In this document: piece by piece, positions 1 through 13,797 of the stretch
Numbering within the stretch: position 1 is the stretch's first letter
Layout: each line of letters begins with the position of its first letter
Origin: Lama glama
Taxonomy: Eukaryota
Assembly: GCA_028534125.1 (NCBI GenBank)
Contig: CM052816.1
Location: 86,678,001 to 86,742,000 of the forward strand
Direction of reading: 5' to 3'
DNA: 64,000 nucleotides
Position numbers and translations under genes: made by a program
Notes under the pieces: generated by a model
The model's input: the letters and a program-made list of their open reading frames with translations, nothing else
What the model was told of the DNA's origin: nothing
The model's database searches: none

Positions 1-221
1 TTCCTTTGAGATAATTGATACCATATGAATCATAATGTGTCCTCTTTTGTCTCTGCAGTAGTGTTTTTAAAAGGTATAAATTGAGTCATCATGCATTTCT
101 CCATCATCCTGATTATCCTGTGGGACTAGATCTTTTTTGGGGGGGAGTGCAATGTGTAATGTGTACTCAGTTGGTATGTGTCAAGGTGTCCCTCCTTGTT
201 TTATAAAATTAAAAATTCTTT

Positions 222-615
222 TGATGAAGGAACACAACACAGTGACACTTGAACAGATGAAAGGCGGAACCCTTTGTTACTGACAGCTCCAAATGAAAAG
301 GTTGCCAGGCAGGGCTACACAGGGGTCTGCCTCTGGAAAGAGTAACAGTAGTCTGGAGCCATCCGGCAGTTTCTGTAACAATCACTGTGAGGTTCGGTTT
401 CCCAGGCTTTCTTTGTATAGCTAACTCAAATAACTTGGGGACCCTAGGGCATGGGTATTGCTCTTGGTTGTCTTGTCCCTTGTCCCTGGGCTGGTACGTA
501 GGAGTCCAAGTGTGTGAAAGTCCAGTAAAAGAAGTGACTGGGGTGTGGACTTATCAGCTGCTCAAGGAAGGGGACTGATCTGGCTCTGCCAGAACATCAA
601 AACTGGCCCAAGAAA
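222..615 (-). mobile_element. Solo ERVL-class LTR, MER54/MER73/MER74-like
   Basis: Starts TGATGAAGGAACACAACACAGTGACACTTGAACAGATG and ends ..AAAACTGGCCCAAGA, resembling the antisense of this LTR group; GC-richer than its flanks. Subfamily uncertain. Confidence 0.55.
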
Positions 616-1359
616 GTGTAAACAAACAAAAATAAACAAACACTAATTGTCATCTAGTTGTCAACAGGTATCCGGGTTGGCACTTATCCCCTTTTGCTGA
701 ATTCTCTAAGGCAGAATCATATCTTATATTAACCACAGTGCTGAAAGAGAGTTTAACTTCCCTAAACATATGTCCAAACATGGGAAGAAAATTGGACTGA
801 CTATATTTTCAGGCAGTTGAGATTAGAATAAACCTTTATATATCTCTTCTCATAACAGATCAGATCCTAATCCTGTGTGTTCTCAAACCTAATATCTTAC
901 TAATAAGCCTGATAAAGATTAAATTGTATAAGGCCTAGAATAATTTGTGTTATTTTTCATTTTTCAGATATATCACTTGTATTATTTTCCATGCATTTCA
1001 CCTGTTTCTAAGTGTTTCATCATAGTGAAGTTTTTCTATATGTATTTTCTTTCCCTAACCTTATAGGCATTTTTTAGCCTGTATTATAGTTTGTCCTTCA
1101 TTATATTTAGACTAGAGTTTCTCAGTGCTACCCGAGAGATTTTAACTTGTTATTATTGATACCACAATTATTTTCCTCTTAAATTCTCAAAAGGAGCCAG
1201 GCTGAAATGTAGTGCTCTGTCCTTAATCTCTGTGATGATGAGAATCTGCTAGCTTCTTCCACAAAATTACCATATATTAAGATTGTTAATTTTTCTTCAA
1301 GGCTTCTTATAAGATAAATTTATAAAGTTATACTTCACCAAGAATTTACTTAGTTGAGG

Positions 1360-2215
1360 GAGACAAGTAAAGTTGGAAGACTGACACCACCCAACATCAA
1401 GACTTACAGTAAAGCTACAGTAATCAAGATTGTGTGGTATTAGTGAAAGGACAGACAAATCCATCATTGGAACAGAACAGAGAGCTCAGGAGTAGCCCAC
1501 ATAAATAGTCAGCTAATCTCTGACAGAGGAGCAAAGGCAGTAGACAGGAAAAGGCATAGTCTTCTCAACACATGGTGCTGGAATAACTGGGCAACCACAC
1601 TTAAAAAACTGAATCTAGATACAAACTTTATACCTTCCACAAAAATTAATTCAAAATGGACCTAATGTAAAACAGGAAAGTACACAACTCCTAGAAGATA
1701 ATGTAGGAGAAAGCAGAGATGACCTTGGCTATGACAAAGATTTTTTAGATACAACACCAAAGGCATGATCCATCAAAGAAATAATCAATAAATTGGACTT
1801 CATTAAAATAAAAATTTAGCTTTCTGCAAGACAATGTTAAGAGAATGAGACAACAAGCCACAAACTGGGAGAAAATATTTGCAGAAGATACACCTTATAA
1901 AGAACTGTTATCTAAAACATGGAGAACTCTTAAAATTCAACAATAAGAAAACAAACAACCTGATTAAATGATGGGGCAAAGACCTTAAGAGAAAACTCAC
2001 CAAAGAAAGTATACAAATGGCAAATAACCATATGAAAAGATGCTCCACATCATATGTCATCAGAAAAATGCAAATTAAACAACAAGATACCATTACAAAC
2101 CTCTTAGAATTGTCAAAATCCAGAACACTGACATCACCAAATGCTGGGAAGGATGTGGAGCACCAGGAATCCTCATACATTACTAGTGGGAATGGAAAAT
2201 GGTACAGCCACTTGG
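1360..2215 (+). mobile_element. L1 (L1MB/L1MC-type) ORF2 3' region fragment, decayed
   Basis: Typical L1 ORF2 words: AAAGCTACAGTAATCAAGA..GTGTGGTATT, TGGTGCTGGAATAACTGG, GACTTCATTAAAAT. ORF 2017-2223 ([21 protein letters not shown]) matches the C-terminal ORF2p motif. Many stops and frameshifts. Confidence 0.9.
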
Positions 2216-4714
2216 CACTTTAGAACTGAAGTAATAATGCTTTCTATCATTTGCTGTTTACTCATTTATAAACTTATTTATTTTAGTTTTAGTGGTTTAC
2301 CCTCAAATGATACAGGTATAACAAATTCGTCATCAATCTGGAATTGTTCTTCATAATTTTAGACTATTCTTCTCACTAATCCTAAAAAGTAGTTCAAACA
2401 GATAGAGACTTTCTAAAAATCAAAGTCAGTAAAATGATGAGAATGTAACTGAACTTCTGAACAGCTATTCTATGTTTACAAATGAGTCTTTATGCTCAGC
2501 AACTTCTAATCAATTTCTAATCAATAATAAACATACTTCTATAGCTATAATTGAGTTATATGTTTTTATTTCTAGGGAAATATTTTTTCTTTTCTTTTCT
2601 TTTTTTCTGGTCATTATATGTTGTAATCTAGTATTTCTGTTTATTTAAAGTAGCCAGGAGGCAATAATATTTGTGGATACACTAAAAATTTTTTCTGGTA
2701 GAGATGTTTTGGTCATTAATTTTGTATATTTTTGTGTTTATTTGCTTATTTCATTTTGTTTTTGAAGGAACAGAATAAATTAATTAGCACTAAAACAAAA
2801 TTTAGTTTATTTGTGATAAATGAAATATGTAGTTAATAACTGAGCTCATGATTTATTTCACACATTTAGCAATGTTTATGGATAAAAAATGTATGGCTAT
2901 CTGCAGATTCACTTTTCAAATAATTTTGTACTTGCTTCTGCCTTGTTTTTAGATAAACAGAATGTTTATTTAAAAGTGTACCTAACACGTTAATAATCAA
3001 ATTCAAACAGGAGAGAGCATGGTAAATAGTTCATATTAAAACTTAACTAAGCCCACTACAGATTTTTTTTTAAAGAAAGGCTTTTAAAATAATTGTCTGA
3101 ATTGGGTAACTACTATGTTTCCAAAAATTTGTTGTATATTGAATAGTTTCAAAACTCAAGGCAAAAGAGGTTGCTCTTATTAGTGGTTTCCAAAGAAACG
3201 TTTATGTACAGGTCATTAAGGAAGTTTAGAATTCATACATTTCATATGTGTCCTTTTAAAATTAAATAAATAAACTCTATCCAGATTTGCATAAATAACC
3301 ATGGACAACAAATTTGTAAGGTGTTATAAATCAGTTTTCAAAGAGATATTTTAATTATCTTGAAACTTTAAAATGAGACTTGTTACTTAATTCGGTCAAA
3401 CTGTTTATCTAATTGTAAAATACAAAATAAAAATCAAAATAACACTAAACTGTTTAAGTCCTTAAATGATTCACAACTGAAATTTTACAGTGATGTTGCA
3501 TAGATCACTATTACTTTGTTCTTTCCTTATTTGTAGTTGAATTTAAGCTTCATGAAAATGTTAAGATTTTATGTGAACACAAGTAAAACTCCTTTATGTC
3601 TCCCACAGCGCTGAAGAGATACAAACGGATCCACAGTAGCCTTCTCCACCTCGCTATTCAAGTTCTACAAATTAAAGCTGTAACACAGTTGACAGTGAAA
3701 ATTTTCATATACTCTTTCTATCAAGATTGACATGTCAAGTTGACAATTTTCTACTAAAGAATAGTACATATTTTTCCAGGCTTTTCTTTTTTGGAACACT
3801 TTCTTAACCCCAAAATTAGAAGAGAGTGTGTGTGTGTATGCACGTGCACACACAAGCTTCTGCTCTCAGCTTCTGTCTTAGTTGTTATTTGGGGACTGTT
3901 TTATGATAACACATGGAGGACTGCCAGATATAATAAAAATATGGAGAACTTACTGTAAAATTTTCATGAAAATCGATTTTTAGCCAAATGCTTTGATACA
4001 TAGTTCATTAAATTGTGATTTAGGATGACAGTAAGAATATTTTTTTAAAATCTGTATAAAATCAATAAAATGATATCCAAATAAAACTGATGTTTATAGC
4101 CAGAAGACAAACAGGTCCAAATAGTACCGATATGATTAGTTTTGTTGAAAATGCTTTATTCATTTTATATTATCATGTATCTGGTAGACTTGGCTTATTA
4201 TTTATTCTAATTATATTATCATAAATTTTCTCTTTTTAAATGACTTGACAACATGGTAATATAAGACACATTATGCCACCTTGTTAAGGTGCCCTTAGAA
4301 AAATCTAATTTTATGGCATGCTTTAGCCATCTGTATCTATGAAGAATGCCATGTTAAAAATAGTTTATAACACTGTAAAAATCCAATATTAAAATAAGTG
4401 TACACTCTAAGAATTCATACTGCAATAGCAGAATAAAGTTCTATAGATAGAACATTGAATCAAAAAAATTTCCCCAAACCCCGAATCTTTGAATTAAGAA
4501 ATATGAGCAATTGAAAATTTACTCTAGAGTATATTTCCATTAATATCATATTTCTAGATCAGATTATATTTTATAGACTCTTCAGGGGAGCGACTAACCT
4601 ACATTGACTAGATGCTTTCAAATTTCATTTAAAAATCATTCAGTACACCTCTCACAATGGGTATGGTAAACAAAAACTGAAGCTAACTCCTTTTTATTTT
4701 GGAACTAGTGTATT

Positions 4715-4935
4715 AAGGTTGATTGACATATAAAAAACTGTAGCTATTTAGTACATGCTACTTGGTGTGCCTCAAGATAAGTGTACACCCATGAGACCAT
4801 CATCACTATCAATACTGCAAACTCACCCACCACCTCTGATAGTTTCCTCCCATCCTCTTTGTGTGTGTTTTTTGTTTGTTTGTTTGCTTGTTTGTTTTTC
4901 CTTTTGTGGTAAGAGCAGTTAACATAAGATATACA
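4715..4935 (-). mobile_element. L1MA-type 3' UTR fragment with (GTTT)n tract
   Basis: ..GTGTACACCCATGAGACCATCATCACTATCAA..CACCACCTCTGATAGTTTCCTCC..TTTTGTGGTAAGAGCAGTTAACATAAGAT resembles the antisense of the L1MA8-10 3' end. Confidence 0.65.
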
Positions 4936-5109
4936 AAATATTTGAGAATATAATATGGTGTATGTCTACAAACATAGATATTTAATTGCTTAATAGTAAA
5001 ATGTCTAATTATAACTTAAAATTTTACAGCTGATAGTTGCTAAGTAAAAAATGTGTCATATTCAACGTTAGATGTTGGGATACAAATGATGAAAATAGTA
5101 TATGCATCA

Positions 5110-5392
5110 GTGGTTACCAGGGGGGAACGGTGGGGTAGGGGGGTGAAGGGATAATTTGGGAGTTCAGGATTTGCAGATACTAACTACTATACATAAAATA
5201 GACAAGCAACAAGGTCCTACCATATAGCACAGGGAACTATATTCAATACCTTGTAATAGCCTATAATGAAAAAGAATATGGAAAGGAATATATATATAAA
5301 ATATTATATATATATATACATATATATATATATGTACATGCTGTGCACCAGGGATTAACACAACATTGTAAACCAACTATACTTCAGTAAAT
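5110..5392 (+). mobile_element. Cetartiodactyl-type L1 3' end, 5'-truncated, with internal (TA)n
   Basis: GTGGTTACCAGGGGG..GGGATAATTTGGGAGTTCAGGATTTGCAGATAC..AAGGTCCTACCATATAGCACAGGGAACTATATTCAATACCTTGTAATAGCCTATAATGAAAAAGAATATG..CAACTATACTTCA. Shares long words with 28774-29160. Confidence 0.85.
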
Positions 5393-5479
5393 ACAATATA
5401 CATATATATGTGCATATCAAATGCTTACTTTTCTAGATGGGGAGATCAGAATTCAGTTTTAGTAATTTTTATTTCAAGA

Positions 5480-6060
5480 TGATTCTGGAGATATCTAAGT
5501 ATGTATGCTAATTATGAATTGGTTATGTTAGAAAATCTCAAGAATAAATTCTAGTCAAGAAACATTGATTCACAAATTTTATGACATAAATGACTTCTGA
5601 AAAATGAACCGTGGATAAGATTGCTATGGGAGAGCACAGTAGAAAATGGAAGAGAGTAAGAATCAAAACTTAAGGATTGCCATTACTTAGGGACAGGTGC
5701 AGACAACAGCATTATAAGAATAAAAGAATGACCAGTGATAATAATCTAACTTGTAAATCAACTTATATAAGTTATTTGTTTTTAAAAGTATTTTTACACT
5801 TCAATTTAGGAGAGGTCGGGCAGAAGCACAGTTAAATTGGAATAAAGAAAAAGTACAGATAACTGTGGTTTACTCTTCCAATGTACTTGTTGTGGAGAAT
5901 GGCAGAAGATAATCTACAGGGGTTGAATATACTTGAGTAGAGCATCTGGGTAGTGGCAGATACAGTTTCCCTAATACTACAGAGATACAGGCACATTCAA
6001 CGTAGATTGAAGAGGCATATTTTAAGGAAGTGATGGGAGTATATAAAGGAAAAAACAGTC
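5480..6060 (-). mobile_element. L2 fragment, very decayed
   Basis: Purine-rich stretch with L2 antisense words (GATAAGATTGCTATGGGAGAGCACAGTAGAAAATGGAAGAGAG). Confidence 0.4.
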
Positions 6061-7380
6061 AACAGAGCAAGGCAGAATGATCTGCCACTATGCTTGTATT
6101 AACCAATACTAAACCTTCTTAGTACATCGCTTTCTACCTGTGTTTAATGTATTTTATTTTCACTTAGTCCTTGTATTTAGATATTTGGAAAATAACCAAG
6201 GCTTGTGGGAAAAAGTTTATGCAAATTTTAGACAATAAAAAGTTTAAAAAATTGCAATATTTAAGAAATATATTTACTTATAAAAATAAATGATCATTTG
6301 TGACTAACAGACATTAAAACAAAGTGACTGTCTACATAAGTCCATTTAAGTCATTAAAAGCAACATACAGACAATATTTGAGAAGACTTTTTAACATTAT
6401 GTGACCTACTTTTATTCTCATAAGTAGCTTTTCTCAAAGTTCCATATTCAATTTGTATTTTAAAGGAAAATTAATCCATATGGTACTAAATTCTTTCTAC
6501 TTATCTCATCACAATGTTTTGCATGAGATATTTTCTATCTGTAAATGTTCTAAGCCTCTTAAAAGCCCTTTATTCTATGTTGCACAAAGCTATTTTATCT
6601 ACAATTTAAGTCAAGGCTGAAAAGACTCAAATTTATTTGCAAATGAAAAACTTAGAGAATTAGAATGAGTTGGAAACACTTCCTATTAAAGTGTATTTGA
6701 ATGTGTCTGAAAACTGTCATACCAGAAAACAATTTGAACTTTAACTTATTCTGATATGGTTGCTAACTAGGAATATGCATATTTGTTTGAAAGCACGGAT
6801 AATTTATCTCCTTAGTTCAAATACGGATGTTTCTGATTTATAATAATTGAGATCATTTTTGACAATGCATTTATTTGGCTTCTCAGAATAAAACAGTGGT
6901 AGTTTACAGGCGCTATATAACTGCATTATGTTTTTTCCTAGATTTATGAATGCAATATATTTTACTACCTACTATCACTTAGATATGCTCTTCAGAAATT
7001 TTCCCCTTCTCAAGTTCTATACTGAACATACCATTAATTTCTTAATAATAAAGTTCTAGCTAAATATTGAGATGAAATACAAGTATGGTAGTATTAATTA
7101 CCTTGATCTATTAATCATTAATGTCTCTCATCTAAGCAAAATTTTATTTATCCTGAGATACAATCAATACACACCTAAGTGAAAGGGACAGTTGACACAG
7201 CAAAGCTGAATCTGCATAAAGAACTGTGAAGACTTACAGCAAAAGATTTCAGTTTGGCTCGAAAAGAAGTTTGGTTTTAGGGGAAGTTATAAATATTTTT
7301 GTATCATTGCTTCCTGTCTCTCATTTATTTTCTGCCCAGTCCCCAATGATTCATTATGTGGTAAAATGCATGTGGGCTAC

Positions 7381-7384
<4 letters not shown>

Positions 7385-7410
<26 letters not shown>
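7385..7410. repeat. (AC)13 microsatellite
   Basis: Perfect dinucleotide run read directly. Confidence 0.95.
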
Positions 7411-7411
<1 letters not shown>

Positions 7412-8009
7412 AAGTAGTAAAAGGAAAATTTCTAGAATTTCCAGGGCATCATGAGTTCAAAGCATCAGCAACAGTGTTGGCAATAACTTCAATAGAAACT
7501 GGACACAAAGACTTTGATATATTCATCAGCTCTGTTGATACTTGTCAATAGCTAGTTATAGTCGCATGTCAAAGGCAGCAAGAATATCATTCAGCTCATA
7601 TTTGCATTAGATATGTGACAAGGCAAGGAGATCAAGTATTTACCACTTCGGGAAAAATCAGTACCCACTGTATCAAACATTAAAAGCTCAGTGTGGATTC
7701 CATAATTTATCTGCAGAAATATTGGCTTCAGCAACATAAATGTTGCTTTGGGTAATTGCAGTGACTGAAAATGTCACCAGATAGTGATACAGATGGATAG
7801 AGAAAAGTGGCCAATACCATAAAATATCCAAAAGAACAATTTTTCAAAGGAAAAGGTAATATCCACTATTTTATAATGACTTTGAAAGAGCCTGGAAATT
7901 TTGAAGAGTAAGTGAGAACGGAATTTCAAAATGTTAGTGATTATTTCAAGGCTCTATTTTATCTTCAAGCTGTTGAGGAGCTAGAGAATCATTTCAGTTC
8001 TGTTCAGGA

Positions 8010-8255
8010 AGCATTAAATAAAAAAGCCATAATTTACTAGACACTCTTGTGGGTGTGAGAAACATGGAGATTAAGTAGACTCATTCCCTGCTTCTCTGAT
8101 AGGGTAGACGGTGCCTTAAAGAGCAAAGAGATCGCTGTTTATATAATGTTACATGTATTATGTTTACAACAGAATAAAAACAATTTTAGTCTTTGTGAAA
8201 TGGATACATATCTGAGCCTTTAAGGATGAGTAGAACTTAGAAAGGCCAGAGGGCT
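8010..8255 (-). mobile_element. L2 3' fragment
   Basis: TGAGCCTTTAAGGATGAGTAGAACTTAGAAAGGC resembles the L2 antisense word TGAGTCTTGAAGGATGAGTAGGA. Confidence 0.4.
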
Positions 8256-8280
8256 GCCTAATCAAAGACTAAAATCCTAA

Positions 8281-8515
8281 GAGCTAATATTCATTCTGTG
8301 CTTTCTTGTGGTTGACATTCTTTTCAGCACTTTACGTGGATCATTCATTAAATCCTCAAAACAACTCTATGTGGTGATCCTATTATTATACCAGTTTTAC
8401 AAGTGGGAAAACCAAAGCTTAGAATAGTCATGTAATTTTCACAGCAACACAAAATTAATGGCAGAAGAGATGGACTGAGAACCCAGGCAGCCTGATCCCT
8501 AAGCCAACACTCTTG
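8281..8515 (-). mobile_element. MIR SINE
   Basis: AAATCCTCAAAACAACTCTATG..ATTATTATACCAGTTTTACAAGTGGGAAAACCAAAGCTTAGA..GAACCCAGGCAGCCTGA is the antisense MIR core. Confidence 0.8.
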
Positions 8516-8569
8516 GCATTTTATTAAAGAGGTAATGGTGAACTGAGTAAATTCACCTTATCTTAATTA

Positions 8570-9030
8570 GTTCATTCAGTCATTTAAAATTTTGTTAAAG
8601 TAGAGACAACAGAGTAAGGTAGAGACTTAATATCTGATAGTCTTGTGCTGGGGAATTTTGAGATGATTTAGGACTAGAGGCTGGCACACCATTTAGAGAA
8701 AATCTTGTGTGAAATATGTCAGGGGCTGACTTGTGATAGATACAGCAGTGAACAGAAAGGGGATTTGAGATACAGGGATTAAAATTTCCAGGAATTGATG
8801 TTTCATCAGGTACAGAAAGTAGGGGATGAAGGATAATTGTGTAGGTGATGTTAAACTTAACTGAGAGGAAATGCAAGCATAACAAACGTGCACTGTGATT
8901 TGAAAGACTGGATAGAAGAAGATGCTTAGAGTAAATTGAAATTGAAATGTCTGTCGAACATTTATACGGATGTGCACAACACACATTGAATGTATGTCTG
9001 AACCAGAGGGAGAGAATAGGGTTTGTGGGT
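8570..9030 (-). mobile_element. L2 fragment
   Basis: TTCATTCAGTCATTTA start and TTGAAATGTCTGTCGAACAT..GGATGT L2 antisense words. Confidence 0.45.
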
Positions 9031-10559
9031 TAGATTTTAATTCCCTTTAGTTTAATTTAATAAATATTACTTAGCAAGTAGTATATTCTAGTCAAAGAAA
9101 AAGAGATAAAAAGACTAATAGGAAATCGTCCTTGCTTTCAAGGATCTAAACATCTATGAAGTTCATCAGTATATGGGTGGAATATCAATTACATTACTCT
9201 AGGATAATATTAGATTGAAAGAAGAAATGGACCAAGTCCAGAATGAAGTGGAAACAATGAGGAGATTGATTAAAATGGTAAAATGATTACAAGGAAGACC
9301 TACAAAATGTAATGTTTGGGTGTAATGGCAGTGGAATTTCAATAAGGGAGAGCCCAGTGCTGACCAGCACTGCGCCAGTCGTCTGGCAGTTGTTGTTCCT
9401 CTTTAGCAATATTTGTTGGCAATCTTAAAATCACTCTATTTATCCAACGGTACACTCTAAATATGTACAAAAAAATAACATTATGTCTCCTGCCCCTTCT
9501 TCTGGTTGAATTGGTATTCTGCTGCTTTCAGTGGAAAGAAATCAGACAAATGCCACCAAGGCCAAATCTCAGCTTGTGGGAAGAGTATGACTCCACAGCA
9601 CAGCCTTTGTCAAAAATCACATCGAGAAAGTAAACATGTCTCAGTTGTAATTTAATTTCTTAGAGTCAACATGATTTATAAAAAGCATACATGTGAGACA
9701 ATATCTTATATAGAAATGTAATCTCCTTGAGTAAAATGGTTTCTGTCTGATTACAACTCTCATATTAACTGAGCACTATTTTAAAATGGAAAAATTAAAA
9801 GTTCAAGTAATTATAGGATATATGTAAAGAAGATCTATATATCTGAGTTTTTTTCACATATGGACGTATCAGGCATTTATAGAACTGAAACCTAAAGGAG
9901 CGTGAGATAACATAAAGTGAAAAAATCCATATATACATACAAGACATAGGTAAGTCCCTGAATATGACACTTATAATCTATTACTGAGAAAAATTATTTC
10001 TTAATAAGATAGTACAATTAGTAATGGTAGTGAAAATAATAGTATTAATAATGATAAATTGAAATAATCAAATGGAAGGGCATATCAAAAGGCCACAAAA
10101 CTAGTTTCTAGACATAACTTTGGCCTAGTAATATGGGATTAAGAGTGCAATGGTATTCTTTTATTTCTTTATTATTACCCTTTCAAAATTAATTTCAGCA
10201 GCCAAAAAAGAAAAATATTCATTTAAATAATTATCTTAAGTAGTTTTAAATCATTTTGAAAAGGAATAAAAGCTCAGAGTTGGAAGAAGTAGTTTGCAAA
10301 TAACAGTTTAATTAAAACTATTACGGAAGCTAGAGTAGAGAAGATAGCCAGAATTATAAGAAATAAACCATGTTTCACTCATTCTGTCATCTGATGAAGC
10401 ACAACATAAGCACCAAACAGAGAGAGAAACAGAGAAACAGAGAGAAGATTTTAGCATCAGGATTATTGGCATGAGAGAACAAGAAGGCATAAATGGATAT
10501 AGCTTGTTCAAATGAAAAGTCACTGAAAGAGAAAATGCAAATTTAATGTTATTTGATAC

Positions 10560-10960
10560 AACAGTGTCTAATTCAAAGTAGGTAAAATTACTTTCTGTGT
10601 AGACTGAGCCACCTACAGAGTACTGTATTTAGATACTGAAGTTTGAAATTAACTCAAGAAAGTGGACAAGCGAGCAGATTGATAAAACTCTGGAAACAAT
10701 GTTATTTGAGGAATGACGAGCGGGTTAGAGAAATTAATATTTAGAATAAGGTGAGTTTTCTTCAAATATTTGAGCAATCTGTATGTGGGAAAGAAAAACA
10801 TTCATTCCTGTTTTATGCAGAGAGTGGAATTAGGATTAGTCTTGTAGGGAGGTATATGAAAACCCATTATGAGAATTCTAAAATGAGAGACAACCAACAA
10901 TAAAATGTACAGCATGGCAGAATTAGGAATTCTTTGACTAAAAAAATGTTCAAATGAGGC
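10560..10960 (+). mobile_element. L3/CR1 LINE 3' fragment
   Basis: CTGGAAACAATGTTATTTGAGGAATGA, TTCTTCAAATATTTGA, CAGAGAGTGGAATTAGGATTA and ATGTTCAAATGAGG occur in the order expected for the L3 3' end. Confidence 0.6.
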
Positions 10961-11429
10961 GAATTCACAGTCAGAGGGGACTGATTAATTTTGAAATTTT
11001 ACTTTTGTATGATTTGAAAATTTTCACATTGAGAAGTGGTAAAGATCAAAAGGTATACATAAAAATACATTGGTTAATGTTTTATCTGCTCCATCTATTT
11101 TAATTTATCTTGATCACTCTGAGGTCAGGGATAATGTATTACTTACTATCATTGTTCAAAATTCTAGACAGAAACTTGGATTTCTTTAATATGCATTGCA
11201 TTGATTTGTGCATTGATTCTATTGGAACTTTAAAAAGTCTACACTGAAGATTTAGAAAAAATAAGTTATATACATATGCTTTGTATTTACACAATATTTT
11301 CAGAGCAAATAAGATGCTTTCTATAAAATAAAAAATGTGATTCAGTGTGCCTTGTCTACGCACAAGCAAAGGGAAATACTACTTAAGATAATTTACAATT
11401 AAAAATCTTAGGTGTAAAAGACAAATTGG

Positions 11430-12170
11430 GCACTCAGAGATTAATAAGCTGGAAGCTGACTCCATGGTGACAAGGAGCCGATAACGGGGTAGAAATTCTG
11501 AGCACACGCTGGGATAATAGATTCAGTCAATGCCCAGGGTAAGTAATCCTCCATAAAAGCTGACTCTCCAAAATACACAACCATCCATATAATAGGAACC
11601 AAAAATATCTTTGCTCAGTAGGCCTGGAGAAGCAGGAAGAAGTTATACAACAGACACAGAACTCTTGAGAAAAAAAATCTTCTGTGTGGAGTCAAAATCT
11701 CAAATCTGCGCAGGAGGTAGTGAACAAAAATTTATTCCACCCACACGTGCAGGAATCCAAATGATGAGAAATTAAAATAAAGTGGTCCAGAGTTGTTAAA
11801 AGTCCCTGTGAGAGCAGAAAGAAAATTTACATCTACGCTACAGAAAAAAATTTTGTCTGATAAATGTAGAAGACCTCATCAAAACAAATGACAAGCAACT
11901 AAACAAATCCATGTAAACCAAGCTTGTGAAAAAAGACGTGTATCAAGAAAAAAAAAGCACCACTGTGATGAAAAACTCTAGACATAACACAGAAAAACTT
12001 AAAGAAATAAAAAATAAAGAACAAACTGAAAATAGCATAAATATATATAGTTTAAAATTGTGCAAGGGTTCCCCGCACCTGGGAATAAAATGGGATAGCA
12101 TTTTTTAAAAAAAACAGATAATTTTGATAAAGAACCAAATAACAAATCTAGAAATGAAAGCAAAGTTTAT
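11430..12170 (+). mobile_element. HAL1/L1ME-type 5'/ORF1-region fragment
   Basis: GAGAAATTAAAATAAAGTGGTCCAGAGTTG..GCAGAAAG, followed by A-rich ORF1-like sequence ending AAAGAACCAAATAACAAATCTAGAAATGAAA. Confidence 0.5.
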
Positions 12171-12904
12171 AAGCATCCAATTGCCTGCAGCAAAATCTCT
12201 CTGTTAAATAAGGGTGGCTTTTGTTTTTTTGCAGTTGAACCTTTTCTGATACTGGGTTCACTCCTGCAGAATCTTTTTGGCAATAGTCTTTTTGTTAATA
12301 ATACTCATGTACTAATGGTGCCATCAATAAAAATATCTTCTTGGGAACTGTATTTGATTAAGGTAGCAACTTAAAGTTTAAAGACCTTTTAATCATATCT
12401 TTAAACAAGTTTAGATTAGTACATTCTGTATGACTAGTTTCTTAAACATGCCACTATAATTCCAGACCATTCAAATAACTGTTCACACACAAAACTATTT
12501 ATTGACAGACTAGGATATGCTCTTGCAGTATGAAAGGAATGCATTATGAGTTAGTAATACTAACACTTGATATCACATTAGAGCTGCTGCTGCTGAAATA
12601 CCTTCTGACGTTTTTATTCAATCCTAGTACTGCTTTCAGCAAAGGGTAAACTTCAACTAGTCAGTGGTGGGTTTTTTTTCTTTTGGTCTGCTTATATGCT
12701 GACATATAAAGAGACAGCAATATAATAGTTATAATTAAATTACGACATGATGCCCAAGTGACTAATTTCAGGCCAACCCATATAGGGGTGCCTGATCTTG
12801 GAATCTAGGTTTTCTCTTTGTCCTGCTTATGTCACATCATGTAAAATAACAATCAAGGTGGAATTAAGTTGAACAGAATAAACTGAACAATGATAGGGAA
12901 TGTA

Positions 12905-13305
12905 AATATCAGTTGCAACAAATCACTGTAATACTTAGTGCCCTGCTTCCTCCAAAAAAGCATTTATTGTTTTTCATAATTCTGTGTGTTGGCTGTGAAT
13001 TCTTCCGGGCAGCGGCTGACTTATCTGACTCATGTATGCGGGCCTTCAGCTGAAGAAGCTTGAGTAACAGGAACGTCTGGAACCACCCTCTACTTGGTCT
13101 CTTGGTTCAGCCAATCTGCCTTGGCTAGTTCACAGGGTAGAAGGAGACATTCCATAAGCCAGAGAGGGAATGCCCCAATATACGATTACTTTACATTTCT
13201 CTGCCCTCCTTCTGTTTGCAGATATCCTGTTAAATAAGGAAAGTCATATGGCCAAACAGAGTCAGCTTGGGAGAAGATTACCCAGAGGTGGGTATAGAAG
13301 GAGGT
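12905..13305 (-). mobile_element. Old MaLR LTR (MLT1H/I/J-like)
   Basis: CATTTATTGTTTTTCATAATTCTGTGTGTTGGCTG and AAAGTCATATGGCCAAACAGAGTCA are MLT1 antisense landmarks. Confidence 0.65.
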
Positions 13306-13797
13306 GTTATATAACATATATGTTTTCACATTTTTATAGGATAGATTTTTAGGAGAAAAATCAAAGTATGTGCAGGTGTTATAATTGCTGAGATTGACCA
13401 ATAAGACCACCATAGTGAAATTCTTTGCTTCAATTAAATACTAACTAAAGAGTCTATGATTTCATTTCGTTTCCTGTACCTATTTTTCTATTAAGATAAC
13501 TCACTGGATAGAAATCTCAAAACTTGCATTTATATTTTATATGTATGGATATCTATTTAATATTGATATATATTTATAATCTCCATTTCTATGTGTATGA
13601 CATACATTCTCTTCAACATAAATCTCTTCAAATGCTTGATGGTTTAGAGCCTCTGAAAGAAAATTCATGTGTGTACTTTACTACAGTCGCTTCCATTGGG
13701 AAAGTCCTAAGACACAGACATCCTAAAGGGCAGCCTTAGAATATAATATATTATGTGGTAACTCTTTCAACTCTTTTTATAATCTTGTATATTTTAT

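Noticed and set aside
3585..3700. Splice-acceptor-like CTCCTTTATGTCTCCCACAG followed by three CpGs (possible exon)
   Set aside because: No convincing donor site, no recognisable peptide and no partner exons. Such acceptors are common by chance.
8595..8986. Overlapping 129-aa and 97-aa ORFs
   Set aside because: Both lie within a decayed L2 and show no recognisable protein family.
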